A stretch of 38,618 nucleotides of DNA from Ionaspis alba (lineage: Eukaryota): positions 1 to 38,618 of the forward strand of contig CAXUUL010000067.1 of the NCBI GenBank assembly GCA_964255285.1, given 5' to 3'. The translations under genes and the position numbers were made by a program. The notes under the pieces were generated by a model. It made no database searches and was not told where the DNA came from. It worked only from the letters and a program-made list of their open reading frames with translations. Positions 12,775 to 24,585 of this stretch are shown here, piece by piece; position 1 is the stretch's first letter, and every line of letters starts with the position of its first letter.

Positions 12775-13139
12775 GAGAGACTGAGACTGTAGGAGATGTG
12801 GATGGGATTTGGAGTGGTGGATGGTGGACTTGTATATACTCAAGAGAGGGGGTGGATGCTTAGGGTTAAGTAAGTGAGGGGAGCCGGAAAATCGTTGAAG
12901 GTTTTTGTGATCGATAAAGTCCTCTGTTGTATGTAGGCGAAAGGGTTTACTAGAATTTGTTGACATCTCCAGGGCTATGGCATTCGAAAGAAAGGTGGGT
13001 TACTAATCGAGCAATGATATTTTCGATGATTCTAGGACGGTTGGGCACGATGGAGGTTCCTAGCTCCATTCTTCATGATATGCACTGAAACCCCCGTCGT
13101 ACAGCTTTGAGAGGATTTCGTTCTGCTCAATAGTTCAAG

Positions 13140-15098
13140 CTACGCAATTTCTTCTTCCATCTACATTCTTGCAGTCCGAGCCTGGCAGGTCAGTATTCAT
13201 GTCTCGGTTATGCTGCTGTGAAGTTGATATTCGGAGAGTGAAGACTTGGTAGAACGGGCACTCGGCAACTGGGTTGGTCTGAGAAATTCATTGGATGATT
13301 AAAACCTCCATTTAGCCTCTTCAATGTTATACTCAGCGTTTCCAGGGAGAAGTTCTCGCTCCCTCTCGCTCTACCACCTTGGGAAATGGACAACATGATC
13401 CAGGCCGGTCAAAGCAAGGCCATCGAGTTCCTCTTCCTCATCTTCCTGGTGCACATCGAGCTGGGCCAGGGCCAATTGCGAAGTGCCGCCTGTTGCACAT
13501 TTTGGAAATGCGTCTCCAGACCTGGAGTGATCGATAAAATCCTATTCTTCATCGCCCTGAGGAGTCTGGTCTAGCGAGTATTATGGCTGCTCCTTGACCC
13601 CTCTGCATCGCACTGCTTCCCTGCCAGCTTGCCTTTGACAACGTTTCAACCGAGAAAGCTGAGCTTCGACAGCATTCACAGTTCTTTCGGGGAACATTTT
13701 GCTCTGAATGGCATGTGGAATCTTACCCATCTCATCTGCTTGAAAAAGTTTCAGATTATCTTGCTTAGTCCACCGCCTTTCATGTGATGTAGTAGACTTG
13801 GAGGCTTTCGAAGATCGTAGGCATGTTTCTGCAAGTCCGGCAGGTAAAAATCCTTCTTAGCATTTGAAGGCGGCCGTGTCTCTAGATCTCGATCTGCTAG
13901 TCCTGTCTTGTAGACTTCGATAAGGTTTCGAATATGCGGTTTCGGTAGCGCACACGTGTTGGGGAGACCTTGCAGTCCGCTGTGCAACAATGACTGTAAT
14001 CCATAGGTTCGCCTTTTTCTAATGGGAGGCGATGGTGCTTAGTGGTTTGACTTGAGGAATTCTGGTCGCTTCCTTACGCGGTCGCCGTGACGATTAGCAC
14101 TACCCTCATCGGCCAAGCCTCGAGATATCATCTCTCGACAAAGCTCAACTTGAGCCCCTCTGAACTTGCTAGGCTGTTTGTTCGTATAGTTTGCAGAGGT
14201 ATACGAGAGAACAGCTTGTGCTCCATGTTCAAGTTTGCCGGGAGTTATGCTCGGTAGGCCAGAGGAATAGTGTGGGTATCGCTTGTGGTTCCGAACGTGC
14301 GGGATAGCCCACGATATGTTGCGGTTCAGTCTTGAGCTTAGTTTCTGTGCCATGCTGGATGCTCGACTCGTTTTTGCTTGTCCAGAATTGTCTCCGTGGC
14401 GCCGTTGTTGACTGGTAAGGGAACAAGTCTTCTCGGATGTCCTTGAAGATACCGCCCTTCGCCCTCATCGTCTGGCTCGACACCATTGCTGAAATCCGTT
14501 GTCGACATTGACCTTGTGTAGAGTTCAGTACTATCGCGCTGACTAGCATCCTCATTCGATTGCTTGTGCGGTGAGCGGACCGGTCTAGGGAAATGCTATA
14601 TGATATCTGCACACAAATCATGCCCTGAATTGCCTCGACGAATAGGCGATCCATGGCTGGAACACATTCTGTTAGACATTTGTCCCAAAAGGAGCACTCT
14701 CGCAGAATCAGAAGCTCTACTCTGGAAAGAACACAGCCTTTGCTCTTTTGTCCGGAACGACGAGGCAGCGTCGACCCCTCAAAAACGGGACTATCACACT
14801 GGTCTTCCTCTTCGACAGAAGTCCGGTCATTCTCACTATCCGCGCTCGAATGGTGTTCGCTGTGGCCACCCATTCCCTGGCTATGGCGCCGATTGTTCTC
14901 ATCCGTGTGATTTGGATTCCAGGTGGGGATTGCCGCCCAGTCAGAAGCTACGGGTGGGCCCGTCTCAACTTTGTCCGTGGTAATGTCATTACCAGTTGGC
15001 ACGCGACGAATCGGCGTTGTCGTGCCATGAATACGTGCTTGATGTCTCGCGTCGATATCGTAGATTAATCTGCGTTCTGTGCAACGATGCCTGTTCAC
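13140..15098 (-). pseudogene. Disrupted or unresolved orphan gene containing a Myb/SANT-like motif
   Basis: A 289-aa ORF (15098-14229) is followed by ORF fragments in other frames. 13778-13641 reads RRWTKQDNLKLFQADEMGKIPHAIQSKMFPERTVNAVEAQLSRLKR. The same frame continues with stops at 13583, 13544, 13373 and 13301. I found no clean spliced model. Confidence 0.4.
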
Positions 15099-15892
15099 GC
15101 CGAGCTCTTCTTCGCTACGCTACTTTGTCATCCATTCGAGCTCAATTCATCACACAAGAAACAAGACTACCTTTCGCTTGCTTACTCTCTTTCCCATCTT
15201 ACTCGATGACTTAACCTGGTAGATTTCCTGAGAATTGCTGCAGTCAAACAACGAAGCCAGCAGGGGTCCTCAAATGGTGCTCATGCTAATGCTCGAAACA
15301 ATCTGCGAGGTGCTATGCCACAAGATTATATAACAATGAAGAATATAGTAGACCTACCTACAAGATACCTGCTCGCTACACCGAGAGCCAACACTATGAC
15401 ACCAGAAAATGGTAGCATGAACTCGAGCATGCTCCGTCTTTTGACCAAAATATATGGGAATGGAGAGTACCTCAGTCTCAAGGGAAGATACCGTTATGGC
15501 AAGACAGGACTCGAAGTTCGTTGCGCATGGTAAAGACTGGTTTTGAGAAGTAATCGCTCGAACGCACTCCGAGAATAGAGGAAGGAACCCGAGCAATTAC
15601 TCACACGAGATTTTCGTTCTCAGTGCACATAGAACTTTGGCGGAAACTGTCGAGCATCGAGATCTGCTCCTCACGTACGTCAGAAACATCATGAATCAAG
15701 AAATTCTGTTGGCCTGTCACATAATGATTGCAAAGACATCTCAACTATCTCCCGCCGAAAATAGCGAATCTGCGAGTGCCAAGTAAGCGAGATGATATGA
15801 AACACTTTTACAATTGCATGATGCAGATCTCTAGGACCTAAAATGGACTGCTTCAGGCAACAAAAACTGTATTATCACATAATATACACTGA

Positions 15893-17093
15893 CTACTGGT
15901 CTTCCGATGCTGCAGCTCCCGTGATAATCTCCACTAACTCCCCAGTAATAACGGCTTGACGAGTTCGATTGAAAAGAATCTGGAACTTGTTGATCATGTC
16001 ACCGGCGTTCTTCGAGGCGTTCTGTTTTCGTTGACATTAGTACAGATTTTGGGTCATTCTAAGGAGAGTTTCCAGAGAAACCTACGTCCATAGCGTTACG
16101 ACGAGCCGACTGCTCACATGCATGACCTTCTGCAAGAGCCTAGAAGTGGTAGATTAGTAGTTGATACTTTGAAAATCTTCTAGACAGTGCTTACCCAGTA
16201 GAGCGAATTGGCCAAAGCATACTCTCTAAGGTTGGCAAGAACCTCATCATCAATTTCGAATGCGGAAAAGTTTGCTATGGGAGTGTAAGAAACGAAATAA
16301 GCCCTTTGGACTAGTGTACTAACGAGAATTGGTGATAGCTTCTTCCGAGAAGGCCTCGATAGGTGTGGGCTCATAGCTCGTAGCGTTGATGAATTTGTTA
16401 TAGATGATTTGGATACTGGCGTAGTCTGTTGGTAGCGAGATAATCTGATCTGCAATTGCCTGAGCATCCGCAAAGGTTGGGACGTCCTTTCCGACTCCAG
16501 CGAAGCTGAGCACCATATTACGTCCATTGGATCGACCCAATTGAGCCTTCGACTTCTCGCCAATCACGACAATGTCGGCATCTGGCTTGTCCAACAACAT
16601 TTTTCGGACCGCTTTTGACAATCCGGAGTGTATACCACCACAAAGCCCCTTGTCAGAGCTAGCCACCACGAACAAAGTCTTCTTGCCCTCCCCTTCCACA
16701 GGTTTCGTCTCTGCGTTCTCGAAGACCGTATTAGATGTCTGACCGTAGCTCCTGGAATCCGTCATAGCACGCTGTGCTCTGGTGAGCTTTGTTGAGGCAA
16801 CGATTTTCATCGTCTTTGTGATCTTCTCGATGTTGCGGATCGACTTGAGTCGACCCTCGATCTCACGGAGCGTAGCATAGTTGGCGGAATTGGCAGCAAC
16901 TGGCCTGAGCCGTCACACAAGTCAGTAACACTTTAAATTGAGTCTTCTTCCAGTATACCTCAAGGGGACTCGTCAAAACAGCTTTTCCGCAACAGTCGGG
17001 AATTAGGCTAGCTTGGGCAGCGACGTACCGGACCAAAGCCGCTGACCCAGCTCTCACAGCTGGCCGCGCCGCCTTGGAGAGCATTGTAGACAT
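15893..17093 (-). CDS. ATP3: Mitochondrial F1 ATP synthase gamma subunit
   Basis: Exons 17093(or 17084)-17029, 16904-16324, 16274-16195, 16139-16086 and 16021-15893. Motifs [57 protein letters not shown] and [19 protein letters not shown]. Confidence 0.97.
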
Positions 17094-17590
17094 AGCAAAC
17101 CACTTTTGAAGAGAAGGAGAGAAAGCCCTTCAATGATGGACCAGTAGACCTCAACCGCTCTTAATCATAGGAGCTGTTTCTCGCTCGAGCGAGGGTCGTT
17201 TCGCCAAAGGTTGGTTTAGATGCTAACCTCAAGTGGGTAAGCGCACATGCGAGGCCAATGATGTGCGAGCGACGCATTTCACCCATTTCAGCGCGGATAG
17301 GCATGCCTCGCCCGCCCATTTGTAGAAGAAGTCCAGCCTCGAATGTGTTTCCTATTCTCTACTTTGGTTCTCATTCCTTCCTCCACACTCCTTCAGGTCT
17401 CTTTGGTGCCTTGAGTGCTTACTTTCCGATAGAGAACAGTCTTTTACCTTTTCTATATTCAAATTTCTGGGATTGATGGTCGAAAACCTCTCCTTCTGAC
17501 GGTCGCGTCTCCTTCCTTCTTACCTGTCACCCACTTGGCCTTGGACCTTGAAGTGCTCGACATCCCTTGTCGAAGACTTTGGCACTCACT

Positions 17591-20500
17591 ATGAGTTCTT
17601 CAGACGATGATGTTCCTCTTGGGCGAGGCTCTAAAACCAATGGCACCCATACTATCAATGGTGGGTTAATGTTTGTCACTACTGTTGTGGTCACTGCCGC
17701 CTTTAAACTTTTTGCAGTCAAGCCTTGGTTCCGACCTTCCGCACCTCACCTTGACTTCCTTCTTCACTCAACGCTTGATCTTACCTATTCATTCTCTTTC
17801 GTCTCTCATTCTCTAGGGTGTCTTGTCGCTGATCTGGTCATACACCCATAGGACACAAATCAGCAGACAAAATCCCGAAATCGCTCGATAAAGCTATGGA
17901 TAGGTCAATCCCCACTAGTAATCATGTTGATCCGGGCATATCCATTCGTCATGGACCTGTGGAGAAAATGGACATCGACGATCCTGCTGGAGAGGATACA
18001 AGGACAAATGGAGTCACCTCCGGCAAGCGGAAATCTCGCCAGAGCATGACCAATGGCAAAAGCTACAAAGAAGCCAGCAGTGATAATGATGAGGACGACA
18101 AGCCCTTGGTAAATTGATAAGTTTTCGGAGAATCTAGGACTACGTTGCTGACTCTTTCACAGAGCAAGCGACGTCGCACGTCGACCAAGAAGACAAAATT
18201 GGGTCTGGACTCCGACTCTGACGATGCACCGTTGGTGTCGAAAAAGCCTAAAAGAGATGCTCCGACTTCAGCCGCGATAAAAAAACCACCGAAGGCTTCC
18301 GAGACGGCGATTGGCGAGTCCGAGGACTCCGACACACCCTTGGGAGTCAAGCTCACGAAGGAAAAGGAAAAGATTGAGAAGCGTGCCTCAAAGGAAGCCA
18401 AGATCATCCGTAATGAGGAGAAAAAAGCTGCCACGGTTCCGAGGAAGAAGGTCAAGAAGGAGGATAGCGAAGATGACGACCAACCCCTGGCAAGAAAGAA
18501 GAAGCAATCAAATGGCGTATCAGCTTCAACCAAAAAACTGGCAAATGGCGTCAAGAAAGAGAATTCTGACGATGATGACACTCCTCTAGCTCGCAAAGCG
18601 CCTTCGAAGAAGATCAAATCAGAATCGAAATCGGACCTATCGACTCCCGTGAAGAAAGGATCCAAGGGCAAATCCAGAAAGGAAGAGACTGAGCAAGACG
18701 AAGAAGCTGAGGCTGAGGAAGAACAATATCGATGGTGGGAGGATCCTACTAAAGGCGACGGGACCATCAAGTGGACCACTTTAGAGCATGCCGGAGTTGT
18801 CTTTCCACCGCCATATGAGCCTCTGCCAAAGAACGTTCGCATGCGATACGATGGTGTACCTATCACAATGGCTCCAGAAGCGGAAGAGGTAGCTGGCTTT
18901 TTCGGTGCTATGCTCAACTCTACACACAATGTCGAGAACCCCACGTTCCAGAAGAATTTCTTTGGAGATTTCACCAAGGTTTTGAAGGAGAGCGGAGGTG
19001 CCAAGGACAAGGAGGGAAACAAGGTCAACATCAAGGATTTTTCCAAATGTGACTTCAAGCCTATATTTGAGTACTACGATGCTCAGCGAGAGAAGAAGAA
19101 AGCCCTTCCTGCCGCAGAGAAGAAGAAGCTCAAGGCAGAGAAGGACGAAGCTGAGGCACCATACATGTATTGCATGTGGGATGGCCGCAAGCAAAAAGTT
19201 GGCAATTTTCGCGTTGAACCCCCTGGGCTCTTCCGCGGCAGAGGCGAGCATCCAAAGACTGGTCATCTCAAGAAGCGCGTGCAACCAGAGCAGATCATAA
19301 TCAATATCGGCAAAGACGCAACAGTTCCTGCACCTCCAGAAGGTCATCAATGGAAAGAGGTCAAGCATGACCAAGAAGGCACTTGGCTGGCGATGTGGCA
19401 GGAAAATATCAACGGTGCTTACAAGTATGTCATGTTGGCAGCCAACTCGGATGTCAAAGGCCAAAGTGATCACAAGAAATTCGAGAAGGCTCGAGAGCTG
19501 AAGGTATGGTATTAAATGAGGTTGCATCGAACATTATGACTGATATCCTTTCAGAAATACATTGATATTATTCGAGAGGACTACACCAAAGAGCTGAAGT
19601 CCGAAAGAATGGCAGATCGACAAAGAGCAACAGCCGTCTATTTGATTGACAAGTTCGCCCTTCGTGCCGGCAATGAAAAAGGTGATGAGGAAGCGGATAC
19701 CGTCGGCTGCTGTTCGCTCAAATTCGAACACGTCTCCTTGGTCCCGCCCAACACCGTCATTTTCGATTTCCTTGGAAAGGACAGCATCCAGTTCTACAAC
19801 GAAGTCGTAGTTGATACCCAGGTATTCAAGAACCTAAAGATTTTCAAGAAGGAGCCTAAGGGTGAAGGTGACGAGATTTTCGATCGACTGACTGTACGTA
19901 GTTGTATTTTGCTGCCTTGTTTCTGCTGTTACTAATAATCGTCTTTTAGACAACTGGGCTTAACAAACACTTATCTACCTACATGCAAGGTCTTACGGCA
20001 AAGGTTTTCCGAACATATAATGCTTCGTGGACAATGGCCAATCTGTTACGAGAAATGGACTTGGAGGGCAAAACCGTTCACGAGAAGGTCAAAGCCTACA
20101 ACGACGCCAATCGAACAGTTGCGATACTGTGTAACCACAAGCGTACCGTCACAGCAGCGCATGGAGCTCAGATGGAGAAGATGGGTGACCGTATCAAAGG
20201 CCTGAAATATCAGAAATGGCGTCTGAAGCAAATGATGATAGACATAGACCCCAAAATCAAAAAGAAAAGGGGTGCCGAGTTCTTCGAGCTCGATAAGGAG
20301 ATAGATTCGGACTGGATAAAGGAGCATCAGACCTTTCTCGTTGAAGCAGAACGACAGAAGATCGAGAGGAAATTCACAAAGGAGAATGAGAAGCTCAAGG
20401 CCGAGGGTGAACGCGAGATGAAGGCGAAAGAGCTGCAGGAACGTCTTCAGGTGGCGGATGATCTAGAGAAGAAGTTCAAGAAAGAGAACAAGACCAGAAA

Positions 20501-20827
20501 AGTCGAGGCGGAAGGCAAGGGACCATCAATCGAGAAGCTTGAGAATAATCTTGCCAAGATCGATCAACAAATCAAGCGGATGGGTATCCAGGCCGAGGAT
20601 AAGGAGAACAACAAGGAAGTGGCACTAGGGACCTCGAAGATTGTGAGTCTATCAATCCCTGCTCGTCACTGGTCCTTGCTAACTCAACTTAGAACTATAT
20701 CGACCCGCGTCTTACAGTCGTCTTCTCCAAGAAATTCGACGTCTCGATCGAGAAGTTCTTTTCCAAGACTCTCCGTGAGAAATTTGACTGGGCGATCAAA
20801 TCTGTTGACGAAGACTGGGAATTCTGA
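17591..20827 (+). CDS. TOP1: DNA topoisomerase I (type IB)
   Basis: Exons 17591-17660, 17852-18108, 18163-19503, 19555-19893, 19950-20642 and 20693-20827. Motifs [36 protein letters not shown] and catalytic SKI|NYIDPR. Confidence 0.98.
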
Positions 20828-21873
20828 TGAGCAGTTCTCTGTCCGATCCAGAAAACTTACTTGCATCGAAGGGAAATTTATTCATGATAGAAGCCGTGAT
20901 CTTGGCATGCCTTATGCATATGGAAATCATAGAAACGGATCATTCTTCAACATTAGCCTAGCATTACACCGAGGAGCAGGCTGCTGGGCATGGATAGTCT
21001 TCTCTGGGGGACGGCCAGCACGCATGCTTGCTGCAGACTTGTAGCTAATAGCAAAACACGATCTCATGCTTGAATGACCGACTGCCGCTCAATACCTGCT
21101 GGGTTCGCAGCTTTCGACCCTAGCCCTGCCTTCTACCCCGTACCTTAGCTGACTGAAAGAATTGAATACAAATTAATGTCCCTATTCTGCCGCTGCCGGT
21201 CGATGCGGCTGCGTGCGCCATGCGAGACAATCGGTCTCGCATACCGATAACAACCGTGTCCCTAACTGTTAGATATCTCCGAGCTCGCCTGCAGCATCCA
21301 CTAAATGAATCCCATTTGGCGCATCAGGACTGGGCGACTTCAAAATCCTAGCGCAATGAGGGACCGTCTTATACCTAGATCGCTCTACATGCTAGTTACA
21401 GGCTTAATGAGAGCTCGCAGCACAATTCGTCGTGTACTTTTAGCTCCGAACGGTCAAACCATTGCACGGCAGAGAGTTCGCAATTGTTATATTCTGGAGT
21501 AACTCTACGCCAGTCCCGCTTCTTGATTCCTCAGCCACAGTATCAAGACTAGCAGCGCCGATGTTTACGCTAAGAGCCGCGGGTAGATCCACTGGCGAAT
21601 GAGATATTAGAGGCTGCGGTTGATAATCTTCAAACACAGCCCGAAGGATTGAAGGATTAAGGGATCAGAGGGCTGGGGATTTGCTATGCTTCTCCTTTAT
21701 AGCCATGATGTTATTTTATGAAGACTACGTCCGACAAGAACCTGTCGACGACCGTCGACTTCTGCGATATGTGTGATTCTTTCCGCTGCATTGTTTTTTT
21801 AGATTGCCTCTGATGTGTCGTTTCGTCAACCTAATTCTAACAATAATATAACATCGATCTCCGCATTGCGGAA

Positions 21874-23676
21874 ATGTTCTCATTTCCTATACTCGTTCTG
21901 GTGCTGATTACGAAACTGATCTATGCACAAATTGTTCAGGGAAAGTCAGCAAGTCCGATCGTGATTAAGGTATACTTCGATGCTGTTTCCTGACTACTGT
22001 AAATTGCTCATTGGTTTGCAGGGAGCCAAATTCTTCTATCAGGATAGTGGGGATCAATTGTCAGTGCTCTGGTTTTTGTAAGGTCAGGCAAAATCACAAT
22101 ACTGACATCTGATTCTCCAGTTTTATCAAGGGCCTCATATACCAACGCAAGCCGCCCTGTCTCTGCTAAGTCTATTTTATACTAACTCTCCTGAAGAGAT
22201 CCCGTCCAAGCTAGAGATCGGGAATGTGGCTGGAAATCTAGCTGCGAGCAGCATCAACGACCTCTATGTCGATGCTCTCGCCGATGCCGCTTCTTGCACT
22301 CGTGACCTGCCCTATATGCAGAAGCTACAAACAAATGTCGTCCGTTTATACGGCATTGATCCATCGCTAAATCACACGGAATGTATGACTCTGCTTGCAA
22401 ATGCTGGCATCTACGTCCTAGTGGACCTCGTGGCGCCAGGATACACAATCAGCACAACGAACCCTGTATGGAACGACGTTTTGTACAATCGTTATGCTTC
22501 GGTTATTGATGCAATGCAAAATTACACTAACATGCTAGGCTTTATCGTTGGAGATGATGTCGCCAGTGGCGTGGGCAGTAAAGACTCCGGGCCGTATATC
22601 AAAGCTGCTGTACGTGATATGAAAGCCTACATCAGAGAAAAGAACTATCGATCAATCCCAGTGGGCTACGTCAATTCTGTACTACAAGGATCAAACGCGC
22701 AGGCCTCGGATGCTTCTATGAGTATATGGAACTACCTTAACTGCGGTGATCAAAACGATGCCATTGATTTCTGGGGCGCAAACATCGTGGCTTGGTGCAA
22801 AGACAGCACATTCACGGATTCTGGATACAATGATGTGACGACCAAGCTGAAGAACTATTCTATACCTACATTCCTAGCTGCGTATGGCTGTAGCATACCT
22901 CTACAACGCGACTTCTCGGAGATTCATTTGTTATACAGCTTTCTTATGACACCAACCTGGTCAGGTGGTATTATTTATGAATATTTTGGCCAACTGGAGC
23001 CTGGATATGGTAAGTATACGTTACCGACAATTCGTAGCTTTCTAGGAAACTGACCCATCCAGGGCTTGTCACGGTCAGCGGCGCCTACGTAGCGACAGTC
23101 AGCAATTTCGACCAGGTATCTAGCCAGATGGCTACGGTGTCCCCATCTAGTACGAACTCGGCAAGCTATAACCCCACGAATACGGCCACGGTATGCCCAG
23201 CAGGTGCGGCAACCAGTTTACCACCAAACCCAAGAGCGCAAATATCGATCAGTGGCACCTCAACAACGTCCGCCACAGCAACCAGCACTCCTCAGCCCAG
23301 CCCTGATAACGGACTCTCTGTAGGAGCGAAAGCTGGAGTAGCTATTGGCGCGGTTGCCCTTGCGGCAGCACTTCTTGCCTTCTTGGTTCTGATGCGCAGG
23401 CGATCTGTCAAGAAGAAGGCAGCTGTTGAGGAGAAGGATCGCAGTGACCAATGGACCAAGACCGAATTACCGGCCGAGGATGTCGATCCGGAGGCGAGAG
23501 GTTATGGACCTCTTATGGCGGACTCCACAGCACGGGAAGAGATGGAGGGTACGGGCGTGAGGAGAGAAGTCGCGGATGATGGTCAGATCTATGAGGCACC
23601 AGGGGATACCGGGCGGGTACCGGAGTTGGGGACTGGAAGGTGGAGCTTGGGGCGGAGGAGGGAGATGCAGGGATAA
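21874..23676 (+). CDS. GH72 (Gas/Gel/Phr beta-1,3-glucanosyltransferase-like) type I membrane protein, predicted catalytically dead, 528 aa
   Basis: Exons 21874-21969, 22022-22059, 22121-22146, 22197-23009 and 23063-23676 (third intron is GC-AG). Signal peptide, then PIVIKGAKFF..FFIKGLIYQ, DALAD..CTRD, AGIYVLVDL, YIKAAVRDMKAYI, IPVGY, YLNCG and WSGGIIYEYF. Followed by an S/T stalk, a TM helix and a cytoplasmic tail. Confidence 0.9.
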
Positions 23677-24585
23677 GGTACAGACGAGCGAAGAAGATGT
23701 ATATATAAAGTCCTTGCTCTTTGTCACAAAATGGCTTAAGGACCTCCGTTGCTGCAGACCCTGTAATACAAATATATCCGAAACAGCATTAACATTTCCA
23801 AGCGCCTGGACGTGATCGAGCCGTCGGTGCCGTTTGTACACAATTCTGCTCGAGAATATGCCGCGGCGATCTCCCTGCCTCTCGATACGAAAGATTCTGC
23901 ATCAACCACTGGCACCCTTGCCTCGATCTGCACCTCGCCAGTTCGCATTTTGTCATATCCGGTCCCACGAATCACTATCCCTGGACTCCATCGCGTAAAT
24001 ACATATCTGCACCCCTCGAACATGCACAACGGCGGCCAAGCTGTAGCTCATCTCAAAGGTCCGAGCGATCGCCACTAAATATAGCCGTGGATCAGGGGCA
24101 AAGGGCTCGGGATGAGCTGTGGATGGTTACCAGCTATCTGGGCCAAGCAGCTATCGAGGTTTGTTGCAGCTCGAAGCGGCAGGTGAAGCAGGAATATGTA
24201 CGTACTCCCTTTATAGAGATGTTAGAATGATCCTTCTTCAAAATGATCGTCGATGCAGGTTGGTGGTGCAGCATGGTCTAAGCTTTGCTCTGCGGGAAAG
24301 CTAATGTTTACTCTATTTTATTTGTCCTCCGAAGGTTCCTTGTTTGAGGCTGACACTCCGGGAGCTGGCGCTGCATGTATGTAAATAGTCTAAGGTACAT
24401 AATTTGCGCTGCCGAGGACCCCTAAACTCGGTTTCCTCCGGTGTTCTTTTTTTGTTAGAATTGTATGGGTGTACGATGCGGTGACACAAGCTTCTCCAGA
24501 GTACTAATACCTGGCTTCTGCCTCCTGAGCGAGCTTGCCCATTGTTGAGCTCTGTCCACTGTGCCAGAACATAGCTCGAGCAACA

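Noticed and set aside
16905..17028. Internal donor GTATAC and possible 23-nt poison exon in ATP3 intron 1
   Set aside because: The signals are weak, use would cause a frameshift or stop, and nothing supports it without RNA data.
17661..17851. Possible stwintron or cassette exon in TOP1 intron 1 (internal TTTTGCAG at about 17717)
   Set aside because: The reconstituted donor (GTCAAG) is poor and would shift the frame. A single intron gives a valid ORF.
20824..20856. CTGATGA...GAAA hammerhead-like core at the TOP1 stop (also CTGAGGA...GAAA on the minus strand near 1840-1920)
   Set aside because: Stems II and III cannot be formed with the required closing pairs.
20643..21044. C-terminal extension of TOP1 in the 19983-21044 ORF
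   Set aside because: It reads through intron 20643-20692. Splicing is needed to form the catalytic SKINY motif, and the true stop is at 20827.
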